DNA of 64,000 nt from a virus. Its lineage: Duplodnaviria; Caudoviricetes. A program made the position numbers and the translations under genes. Location: IMG/VR virus record IMGVR_UViG_3300042013_000103; one strand, written 5' to 3'. A model generated the notes under the pieces. The model was not told the DNA's origin. It ran no database searches and saw only the letters and a list, made by a program, of their open reading frames with translations. Below are positions 28,994-37,218 of the stretch, one piece after another. Within the stretch, counting starts at the first letter, position 1; each line of letters opens with the position of its first letter.

Positions 28994-31018
28994 TTACCTG
29001 TCGTTAAGAAACAGCGTAGCCAGGCGCCCTGCACTAAGTGCGGCCCCAGAGTTACTTGGATGGAAACCATCATTAAAGCCACCCAAGGCATTCATTTGTG
29101 CCCATGTACCGAACTCGTCATACAGGCTATAAAACTCACAGCCTAGGGAAACCGCAAGCTGTGACAGGGCATCGCGGAACTGGACGAGCGGAACTGTCGC
29201 CACGCCATCAGTCCGCGCTGGGGCGATCAGGATAATGCCCATGTCCGGAACTGCGGCTCGGTAAGCGTTTACCAAGGTCGTTATGTGAGCCTTAAAGTCC
29301 GCAATGGTCACGCCAACACGATAGTCGTTGGTTGAGAGGATGATGCCCAGTAAACTTGGATTCATCTTGGCGGCGTAGTAGCCGATCTGGCTTGCATACA
29401 CCGCGAGATTCTGGGCGATAGCACCCGAGTTGCCGCATTTGCTGAGGACCGCCCCCGAGACGGCTGAGCGGGTAAAATACAACCCGTGTACACGTACAGT
29501 GCCGGTGTTGCCGATGGTCCTGACCTCTATCGTGCGGGGTGTATTGTCGGCCATGCCGGTGAGCTTGACTGACATGGTGGTATCCGTGTTGCCGCAGACC
29601 ACTGTGTTCCATGTGGCTGAGTCAGAAGCCTTGTATTGGAAGGTCCCGTCTAAGTCCTGATAGAAAATCTCAACCTCGGTGGAGGTAACCAGATTGACAA
29701 TGTAGCGTGCATCTGTCGCCGTTGTCCACATCGATCGCCCATCAATCCCACACCCGTGATCTGGGGCTACCCCAGCTAACCCACCCGTGGATGCATCGTA
29801 AGTATTCCATAGGCCCACCAATACGGCGGTTATTCCATTCAACGTATTCGTGCCGGTGTTTATGCTGACCCAACCGTCGGAACTCTTTCCGAATAAGGCG
29901 TAGAGCCTGTCCGCAATTGCTTGAGACATGGGGGATAGCTCAGCCCAGGAATCCCCAGTGATGATCACGTTTACCTGCGATAAACTCCCCGTTCGTAGTT
30001 TCGCAGCGTTAGCGCGGTATTTGTACAACGTTCGCGAGTCTGAATGCGACTTGGCTAAGTTGATGTTGGCGGTAACGTTGGGCAGGATGGCGGAGATCAA
30101 GCTCGGCGACAGACCCGAGGCTGCGAACAGCCCATTCTCCAGCCAAACCGGTACGTTATTAGCCGAATCGACGAAAAGAGGGACCAGCGCATTAGAACTG
30201 TTATTTGTGGGGATTACCCGTTTAAGTCCTACCGCATTAATAACCATATCCAAAAACGACTGTGCGAGTCCTGTGGCCGCTAACATCCCGTTCTCAAGCC
30301 AAACCGGCACGTTCTTTACCGAGTCAACCCAAAGCGGTACACGGTTATTACTGGTAGAGTAAGTTCCTAACTTGTTAGCTACCGCGTTCTGGCTTGGATA
30401 ACGCTTGATTTCCAACGCACTGCCAGCGTCATTTTTATACAGGATCAAGTATTCTGCACTCTCCGCTGAGGGCACACTGAAATACTCCCCGCTTACGGTG
30501 GCGGCGAGGCCTTGGGCCACGGTATCCTTGATGTTATTATTCAACAGGATGGCGTCATGTGCAGCCGCTGCGAGCACGGCGGAAGCTCCTGCCTCCGTTG
30601 CTGATTGCTGTGCCGTTGTCACTAAAGGCACAATGACGTTTTTAGTTTCTTCTACTTCATCCGCCGACTGTTGTACCTCCACCGCCACAGCTTGGACTGC
30701 TGTTTTTGCAGCCAAAGTATCCGCTGCAGATACTGCTGCCGAGTCGCGAGCACTGCCTGCTTGTACTGCAGCAGCTTCTGCGGTGGTTACCCCGGTAGCC
30801 AACGCCAGTGCAGAATCCGCGGCATCGAGCGCAGCCTGTTGGGCCTGTAGGGTCAAGTCTTGCGTTTCGGTGAGCGTCGTCAACACATCCACAGCGAAGC
30901 CTTGTGCTCTGTCGCGGGCGGTTTCCGAGGCCGTGCGCACAGACTCGGCAGCAGCGGTTAATTCGTTATTGCTGGCAGTCAACAAGTCTACCGCAATAGC
31001 AAGAGATTCGTATGACAT
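28994..31018 (-). CDS. tailspike with SGNH/GDSL esterase domain (putative O-antigen/capsule deacetylase; class-A N-terminus)
   Basis: MSYESLA; Ala-rich stalk; GLAATVSGEYFSVPS...LILYKN...EIKRYPS head domain; SGNH blocks VIITGDSWAE, CGNSG, LSTND and FNDGFHPS. Confidence 0.8.
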   Translation of the reverse strand: MSYESLAIAVDLLTASNNELTAAAESVRTASETARDRAQGFAVDVLTTLTETQDLTLQAQQAALDAADSALALATGVTTAEAAAVQAGSARDSAAVSAADTLAAKTAVQAVAVEVQQSADEVEETKNVIVPLVTTAQQSATEAGASAVLAAAAHDAILLNNNIKDTVAQGLAATVSGEYFSVPSAESAEYLILYKNDAGSALEIKRYPSQNAVANKLGTYSTSNNRVPLWVDSVKNVPVWLENGMLAATGLAQSFLDMVINAVGLKRVIPTNNSSNALVPLFVDSANNVPVWLENGLFAASGLSPSLISAILPNVTANINLAKSHSDSRTLYKYRANAAKLRTGSLSQVNVIITGDSWAELSPMSQAIADRLYALFGKSSDGWVSINTGTNTLNGITAVLVGLWNTYDASTGGLAGVAPDHGCGIDGRSMWTTATDARYIVNLVTSTEVEIFYQDLDGTFQYKASDSATWNTVVCGNTDTTMSVKLTGMADNTPRTIEVRTIGNTGTVRVHGLYFTRSAVSGAVLSKCGNSGAIAQNLAVYASQIGYYAAKMNPSLLGIILSTNDYRVGVTIADFKAHITTLVNAYRAAVPDMGIILIAPARTDGVATVPLVQFRDALSQLAVSLGCEFYSLYDEFGTWAQMNALGGFNDGFHPSNSGAALSAGRLATLFLNDR

Positions 31019-31065
31019 GATTTTTCCTTGTCGGATAAAGGGCCACTGAGTGACCCTGTATTGTG

Positions 31066-34000
31066 TTAACCGCCGTTGCGCTTGGTTACTAGAACGCGCA
31101 CAGACATTGATGGTAGATCTATGGCCGAGGCAGTGTTGTTACGCAAATACACCAACACGTTACCCGTGGTTACTACAAAAGCGTTAACCGCGATCAAACC
31201 CACATCGGCCGAAAAGGATACTTGTACAAAGTCTCCAACTTCGGCACCCAGAATAGCGAAGCTGGGTGCCACTTGGCTGCCCGCTGCAATACTTGGTGCG
31301 TCGTAGGTGAAGCTACCGTAGAGCTGAGCACGCATGGACTGCCGCTTAACGGTTGCGTTGTTCACCACTAGGCCCGTGGTGCCCGTACCGGTGTTACCGC
31401 CTTCGTAACCATTTTGCACGGTAGCTTCAATATCTACCACGAATGTCTGGTTACCGGTTACGCTCTCCATGTGGTTATCGAAGATACGTGCCGTTACCGC
31501 ATTTTGTACCCGGATGCCCAGGCCCGAGCCGGACTGTGCGTTGTCCACACCGATCACGTTGTGGATGTCCACGAGGTTAACGTAGTTAACATCAATGGCC
31601 CCTAAACCATTGCCCCCGATAATCGCACCGTCGACTTTGACCAACCCAGCGTTTTGCAGATAGTTAGCGCCGCCCGAGTTGCTGATGTTCACCCCGTAGT
31701 TATACTGAGCATTCACCTGCACTTTACCGTTGTTACGCACTTCCGTACCTGGTTCAAGGTGTAGGAAACTGACCCCTCGACCAAAGATACCCGAGGCATC
31801 GTTGTCGTTGAACTTACCTTTGGCATGGACCCGGATCAGGTTACCAGTACCGTTGAAGATAGCCAAGCCGGCATGACCACAGGCAGTATGTTCACCTTCT
31901 ACGCGTGCTGTGCCGACGTTAGCAATAACTACCCCGTTACCGAACAGGCCATTGGGGTTACTGCCGATATAACGAATGTTCCACGATTTGCAGTTAGGGT
32001 CAATGGTGATCCCATCTGCATCGATATAGAACCCTTGCTCACGGCAATTCCATGCCCAGCAACCGTAGAAACCACCATCGTATTTCTTGGTGTCCGGTGC
32101 CCCAAAGCTATCTTCATAGCTGTACCCAGCACGATTTCGCTGACTGCGGTTATTCAGGAAATAGATGCCCGAAGCGTTATAGGCCGTCATACCGAAGTCT
32201 TGGTTGTCTTCAGCCGTGCAATTAGACACCACACCGTAGCTGTAGGTATCAAAGTTACCGTATTCCCACACTGGTCCCCAATCCGTGGTGGCCGAGAAAC
32301 CATTGTCTTCTTTGGCCCGGGTGAATTTGCAGCCATCGATGATCTGGTTGCGGCAACGCATGGTGGAGAACGAGTCGATAGGGCCGTTGTCAGCCCACAC
32401 GTTGTACACCCGCAGGTTGTCGATGTAGCTAAAGCGCACGGCACTGTCGTTGTCCGAACCATCGCCATGAGCGTAGGTGAAGGTCATCTGGTCGGCGTTA
32501 CCATTGATGTAGGCCCCGTTACCAAATACCGTCACATTCTTCAAGGCCACCGCCGGGACGTTGATGGTGTCCGAAGCGAACACAAAAGTCTTCTGCCGCG
32601 TCGTTGCCGTCAATCGAACGTTGCCATGGTGGAACAATGTGAAGTCGGAGATGTCGAACAGCACTTGACTGTCCACCGTCCATTCACCCACGGTAAATGG
32701 GATCAACAATACCCGTGACTTGGTCTTGTTTTCTCTCAGCGCCTCGATGGCCCGGAGCAAGGCAGGTCTGATGTTGGACCCTTCAGCCGGTAACTTGAAG
32801 TCGTCAATCGAAACCGCCTGTTCCAACAACTTGTCCTGAATGAATCGGGACACTGCGTTGTCGCCCCCTTGAATAGTAGTTACTACGGAAGCACCCGGTG
32901 TTACCCCTGTGGCGATCAACAATTGCTTGAAGGCATTGACTTCCGCTTGCGCGGCATCAGCTGCAGCCGGTACAGCAGCCTGCGCTAACAACTTACTGGC
33001 GTTTGCCTCCGCCGATGCCGCCACCGCAGTAATGGCATTCGCTTCAGCATCATCCCGGGCATCCAGAGACTGATCACGGTAACCGGCGGCTTGTTGCGTG
33101 CTGGCTAGAACCAGGTCCTCAGTGGCCTTGGCATTGATCTCTGCTTGCTCTGCTGCTGTCTGTGCAGTTTCTGCCCGGGTTGCTGAAGTGTCAGCTGAGG
33201 CAGCGGCAGCATCAACGGTAGCGGCACCTTCAATGGCCTCGACTGCCGCTTGTTGGGCTTGCAATGTCAAGGTTTGCGTGGTCGTTAGCGACTCCAAGGC
33301 GTCAACCGCGAACGCTTCCGACGCGTCCCGCGCAGTGACTGCTTGCAGCGCAGCGGTTTGCGTGGACGTTACTGCCAGGTCCGTGGCTTCTTTGGCGGTG
33401 CTAGCCAGCAGCGCGGCGGCCTGTGCTTCCGTCCGTGCCGATAACGAATCGATGGCAAAGGCTTCGGAGGCGTCCCGCGCCGTAAGGGATTCCAACGCAG
33501 AAGCCCCGGCGGCATCTTTGGAAACCACAGCTTCCGCAGCAGCAGCTTCGACTTCGCCCTTGGTAACCACGGCGGCTGCTGCGATGACTTCAGTGGCGTC
33601 CTTAGCAGCGACCGTTAACTGGAGTGCTGCTTCAGCCCCGTCTTTGGCAGTGGTTGCATCCGTCACCAACCCTTCGAGATCCCCTACGGTGTTCGCCGCA
33701 TTGGCTGCGAACGCTTCAGCTGAATCCCGCGCCTCGCCAGCCTGTTGGGCCGCGGTTTGGGCAGTAGAGGAAAACCCTTGCGCCGCATTCCGTGCCGTAA
33801 CCGTTTGACCCAACGCTGTTTGGACGTCAGCGGCCAGCGTCACGGTGGTGTCTTTAGCAGCAACTGCTTGACCGGCGGCGGTTGCTGCCGCCCCTGCACT
33901 GGTGCCTGCGTGCTGTTCCGAAAGCAAGGCTGCAGCTGCGCTGGCCTCCGCCTCGTCTTTACTTTGGACCGTCAGGTTCTTTGCTGCTTCCACTGTTGCA

Positions 34001-34599
34001 GCGGCTGCCACCACGGCAGTATGGGCATTAACCACGATGGTGCGGTCGGTGGCCACTTCTTCAGCTAACTCTTCCGTCCGCTGCGCATCGCCTGAGGCTT
34101 GGGACGCAGCGATCAAGGCAGAGTCTCTGGCAGCATTGGCACCGGTAACGGCCCCAGCGGCTTGTGCGGCCGAGGTATTAGCCGCCCCTGCGGAGGCTTG
34201 GGCAGCGGCAGCCGAGGTGTAGACCTGGAGCAAAACGCTGTCCAGTTCTTCTTGCAGTCCTTCCACAATCGCGATGTCAACGGTGGTCCACCGCCCCACA
34301 CCCTGTTGGTCGGCCATCAAGACCTTGCCGTACATGGAACTGTTTCGCGCGTACAGCGCGTGCGTGCAATCCAGCCACTGTTGCAAGGTACCAATGAAAC
34401 CGTTACTCACGGCAAAGTCATAGGCAGTTGCGGCAGCTCGGAGTTTGTTAGCCAACACCCGGTAGTTCGTATAGACACCCGCCGAGTTGCGCTTGACCAC
34501 TTCTACGTATTCTTCCCCGGACACGGTTTGCAGAAGTGGAAAGCCCGACAGTTTGTTCGGGTTGGCTGGAGGGTCCGGCAACAGGTTTGGAGCGGTCAT
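31066..34599 (-). CDS. long-stalk tailspike: class-C N-terminus, ~450-aa Ala-rich coiled coil, beta-helix depolymerase
   Basis: GASVVTTIQGGDNAVSRFIQDKLLEQAVSIDDF junction, then N/D/G-rich right-handed beta-helix coils. Confidence 0.8.
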   Translation of the reverse strand: MTAPNLLPDPPANPNKLSGFPLLQTVSGEEYVEVVKRNSAGVYTNYRVLANKLRAAATAYDFAVSNGFIGTLQQWLDCTHALYARNSSMYGKVLMADQQGVGRWTTVDIAIVEGLQEELDSVLLQVYTSAAAAQASAGAANTSAAQAAGAVTGANAARDSALIAASQASGDAQRTEELAEEVATDRTIVVNAHTAVVAAAATVEAAKNLTVQSKDEAEASAAAALLSEQHAGTSAGAAATAAGQAVAAKDTTVTLAADVQTALGQTVTARNAAQGFSSTAQTAAQQAGEARDSAEAFAANAANTVGDLEGLVTDATTAKDGAEAALQLTVAAKDATEVIAAAAVVTKGEVEAAAAEAVVSKDAAGASALESLTARDASEAFAIDSLSARTEAQAAALLASTAKEATDLAVTSTQTAALQAVTARDASEAFAVDALESLTTTQTLTLQAQQAAVEAIEGAATVDAAAASADTSATRAETAQTAAEQAEINAKATEDLVLASTQQAAGYRDQSLDARDDAEANAITAVAASAEANASKLLAQAAVPAAADAAQAEVNAFKQLLIATGVTPGASVVTTIQGGDNAVSRFIQDKLLEQAVSIDDFKLPAEGSNIRPALLRAIEALRENKTKSRVLLIPFTVGEWTVDSQVLFDISDFTLFHHGNVRLTATTRQKTFVFASDTINVPAVALKNVTVFGNGAYINGNADQMTFTYAHGDGSDNDSAVRFSYIDNLRVYNVWADNGPIDSFSTMRCRNQIIDGCKFTRAKEDNGFSATTDWGPVWEYGNFDTYSYGVVSNCTAEDNQDFGMTAYNASGIYFLNNRSQRNRAGYSYEDSFGAPDTKKYDGGFYGCWAWNCREQGFYIDADGITIDPNCKSWNIRYIGSNPNGLFGNGVVIANVGTARVEGEHTACGHAGLAIFNGTGNLIRVHAKGKFNDNDASGIFGRGVSFLHLEPGTEVRNNGKVQVNAQYNYGVNISNSGGANYLQNAGLVKVDGAIIGGNGLGAIDVNYVNLVDIHNVIGVDNAQSGSGLGIRVQNAVTARIFDNHMESVTGNQTFVVDIEATVQNGYEGGNTGTGTTGLVVNNATVKRQSMRAQLYGSFTYDAPSIAAGSQVAPSFAILGAEVGDFVQVSFSADVGLIAVNAFVVTTGNVLVYLRNNTASAIDLPSMSVRVLVTKRNGG

Positions 34600-34617
34600 G
34601 GTGCATCCTCCTTATCG

Positions 34618-35430
34618 TTAAGCGAGACTGTCGTAGCAGTCCTGCATCTTTTTGCTGTACTTGGCGACCGCCCCTACCCCGTTGTAATACCGAGCAAAGG
34701 TTACGAAGTCTTTCGCTCGAATGGCTTTGAGCAACGCTGGTTGTGACTGGATGAACCGGACGAACGCGGCCAATTGACCCTGTTCTGAACGGGACATGTC
34801 CGCCACCATGTCTTGCACCGAGGCGTACCCCAGCAACTTCCAGTGGTAGCCCATGATCTGGTAAGCGCCCCACGAGCACGCTTCCAATGCAGAAGCCTCG
34901 TCCAACGTTTTGGCAATGGCCAAGCGGTCGTATTCTGCTTCGTCGCCCAAGTACCCACCCGTGGACGCATTCACTATGTTCGGGTAGCGCTTCTCGGCGT
35001 CCGCGGTACTCTGGCCTTTGGCCAGCATCTGTTTGCGCATCCAGTGGCGTTCGAACAGGATTGTCGGGCGGCCATCGGGGAGGAACCCGCCTTTCGGGGA
35101 TTCCACTTTGTTCACGGTGGCCACCGCCCGGGGTTCAGCCCCCAGGGTCTTGGCCGCATCGTCGATGTCAGCTTGGGTCAAACGACCCGGAGTAGACGTA
35201 CGCGACAACGCTGCTGTGATCTTTGGGACACGCAGGGCATCCCAGGTGTCCTTGCCGACGATACCGTCAGCGTCCAGACCACGGGCTTTTTGAAAGGCTT
35301 TGACTGCGGTGTTGGTACCGCCCCCGAAGTCCCCGTCATCGTTGACAGGAAACCCCTGGGCGGTGAGTAAACGTTGCAATGAAAACACCGCATCGCCTTG
35401 GTCTTTCAACCGTAGTGTTTTATCGGCCAT
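34618..35430 (-). CDS. modular endolysin: PG_binding_1 + DUF3380 N-acetylmuramidase
   Basis: LRLKDQGDAVFSLQRLL...DGDFGGGT..AVKAFQ..GL.ADGIVG..TW, then VES..GGF..DGRPTILFERH and SWGAYQIMGYHW. Confidence 0.9.
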   Translation of the reverse strand: MADKTLRLKDQGDAVFSLQRLLTAQGFPVNDDGDFGGGTNTAVKAFQKARGLDADGIVGKDTWDALRVPKITAALSRTSTPGRLTQADIDDAAKTLGAEPRAVATVNKVESPKGGFLPDGRPTILFERHWMRKQMLAKGQSTADAEKRYPNIVNASTGGYLGDEAEYDRLAIAKTLDEASALEACSWGAYQIMGYHWKLLGYASVQDMVADMSRSEQGQLAAFVRFIQSQPALLKAIRAKDFVTFARYYNGVGAVAKYSKKMQDCYDSLA

Positions 35431-35431
35431 G

Positions 35432-35968
35432 TTAGCCTTCCTCGTGTTCAAGTTCGCGGATGCCGCCGTTCTCGTTCAGGCGGATACCGCCGTCTTCCAG
35501 TACGCGGGCATACGGGGAGACACTCAGGATTTCCAGGGTGATCTCCACCTCACCATAATAGGCATAAGAGCCGGTCATGGCACGCAGCATATATTTCACG
35601 ACGGTTTCGCCATTGAGTTCAATCAACGCGGTGGAGAAACTGATGTCGTCCGGACCCAACTGCATGTTGAGCGCGCGGTTGATTTCGATGGCGATCGAGG
35701 CCGGAGATGGACGGCCCATTAAGCGGAACACCGCTGTGTCACCAAATACTTTCTTTATGTCCAAACGACGGAATACGTACCACTCTTTCCGTTGGGTTCG
35801 GGTATTGATCATCTCAATGTAAGTACGACCGGGAACACTTTGCAATGGGGCGAAGAACATATCTTCGAACGTCACTGTCTCTGCCGTGATGGTAGATTGA
35901 GTGGTTTCTTGTATAAGTCGCACCAAAGCGTCGCGTGACGGCAGGTCGTAAGGAAAGCGATCGCTCAT
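35432..35968 (-). CDS. virion structural protein (Y.R.D...DDI...S(Y/L).(Y/W).G domain)
   Basis: Domain shared with 53638-54516 and 54526-54957; ends RVLEDGGIRLNENGGIRELE. Start at 35968 follows GAGGG. Confidence 0.7.
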   Translation of the reverse strand: MSDRFPYDLPSRDALVRLIQETTQSTITAETVTFEDMFFAPLQSVPGRTYIEMINTRTQRKEWYVFRRLDIKKVFGDTAVFRLMGRPSPASIAIEINRALNMQLGPDDISFSTALIELNGETVVKYMLRAMTGSYAYYGEVEITLEILSVSPYARVLEDGGIRLNENGGIRELEHEEG

Positions 35969-36022
35969 GTTCATCCCTCGGTTGACGTGGCTTATGAATT
36001 TAAGGTAACCCACATAGCATTA

Positions 36023-36050
36023 TAAAGCCCCTCCCATAAAGGGAGGGGCA
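36023..36050 (-). terminator. hairpin terminator
   Basis: TAAAGCCCCTCCC-ATAAA-GGGAGGGGC. Confidence 0.7.
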
Positions 36051-36060
36051 GTATTATTAT

Positions 36061-36477
36061 TCAAGGGGGAGGCGGTGGAGCTGAAAGTCGTTCACTGACC
36101 ACACCGGTGATGGAGTCCACGATGTGGTTGATGATGATCACGGCGTTACCGCTCAGTGGGACGTCGGATTGCAGCTCCCGGAAGCCCATCACACAGAATC
36201 CACACACACCCACCAGTGCCATCCCCACCATCAAGTTCTTATAGTTGTTGCTGTCCCGTACAGTCCCAAACACTTTGTTCAACATGGCCGTTTGACGTTC
36301 CATGTCTTTGACTTTATAAATCCGATTTAACACGGACTCGCCCGTGCTTGACAGATTGATCGCGTCTTCGCCAGTGGTTTCTAACATGCTGTTGAGGTAA
36401 GTACGAATTACCTTGCCTTGCTTGTCTTTGGCGAGTGGGCTGTCTCCCAAGTTAATGAGCGTTTCCTCTAGGGTCAT
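36061..36477 (-). CDS. single-TMD membrane protein, holin/antiholin candidate
   Basis: Hydrophobic LMVGMALVGVCGFCVMGF segment; lies between the spanins and the endolysin. Confidence 0.5.
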   Translation of the reverse strand: MTLEETLINLGDSPLAKDKQGKVIRTYLNSMLETTGEDAINLSSTGESVLNRIYKVKDMERQTAMLNKVFGTVRDSNNYKNLMVGMALVGVCGFCVMGFRELQSDVPLSGNAVIIINHIVDSITGVVSERLSAPPPPP

Positions 36478-36820
36478 GATTCTGCTCCAACTTACGTTGT
36501 AGTTGGTCCCAGCTCCACAGCTTCCTTACTTGTAAATTACACAGCCCCAGTTCAGCAGTTCGTACTTCCGAAAATTCGTACATCAACAGGAAGCGAGCTT
36601 CCCAGACATTCGTGATACCCTGACCTTTGTACTGCGCCAAAGCGTTCTTTAATTCGGTTTCGGTGGGCGGGTCACTTACGGCGCACGGCAGCAGGAGAAT
36701 CGACGGGACGGGCTTGTGACGAGTTATCACCACGGGCTCGGGAGGCGGATGCGCGCATGCGTTTAGCAATAACACCAATGCCATGATCAGCAGCAGCCGC
36801 GGGAAAGGATGGGAGCACAA
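36452..36820 (-). CDS. o-spanin (Rz1-like outer-membrane lipoprotein)
   Basis: Lipobox LLLNA-C, Pro-rich linker HPPPEP, LLLPC and L.LCN cysteines. Probable TTG start at 36820, or ATG at 36784. Its 5' end lies inside the i-spanin gene. Confidence 0.75.
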   Translation of the reverse strand: MCSHPFPRLLLIMALVLLLNACAHPPPEPVVITRHKPVPSILLLPCAVSDPPTETELKNALAQYKGQGITNVWEARFLLMYEFSEVRTAELGLCNLQVRKLWSWDQLQRKLEQNHDPRGNAH

Positions 36821-37205
36821 CGCCGCCGGGCTGCACCACGCCCAGGTAGGTGCCGTCGTCTTCGGTGACCTTGGCAGGGGTTGCCAGCCGGGGAGTGATG
36901 TACTCATGGATAAAAGTCTTCCGTTGTTTTTCGGTTTTGATTTGAGCCTCTGCTTTTTCCACGGCGTAAGTAGCCACCGTGGAATCTGTGACGATCGCAG
37001 TGACCGCGTCTTGTTTCGCCTCCGTGGTCAATACCCCGACCGAGGTGGCCAACTTGGCGTTGTTGGACCAAGCGGTTTTCACCGTACCCGCCAACAGGTA
37101 CACCGCCAACCCACCGGCAACAAGGACACCGACCAATAGCCATTCGTGCCATTTGAGTCCGGACAGTTTAAGTCCTGCCAGTGCAATGCCAGGTAGTGCT
37201 AACAT
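36672..37205 (-). CDS. i-spanin (Rz-like)
   Basis: N-terminal TMD WLLVGVLVAGGLAVYLLAG followed by a helical periplasmic region; overlaps the lipoprotein gene in another frame. Confidence 0.7.
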   Translation of the reverse strand: MLALPGIALAGLKLSGLKWHEWLLVGVLVAGGLAVYLLAGTVKTAWSNNAKLATSVGVLTTEAKQDAVTAIVTDSTVATYAVEKAEAQIKTEKQRKTFIHEYITPRLATPAKVTEDDGTYLGVVQPGGVVLPSFPAAAADHGIGVIAKRMRASASRARGDNSSQARPVDSPAAVRRK

Positions 37206-37218
37206 AAGTAAGCTCCCG

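Noticed and set aside
32880-34250. Ala/Thr-rich repeats as an antifreeze or ice-binding protein
   Set aside because: They lie between a fibre head and a tailspike junction motif, so a coiled-coil stalk explains them better.
14707-34599. Invertible shufflon-type tail-fibre switching
   Set aside because: All spike genes are complete and on the same strand, with no inverted crossover sites or invertase. The repeats found are direct.
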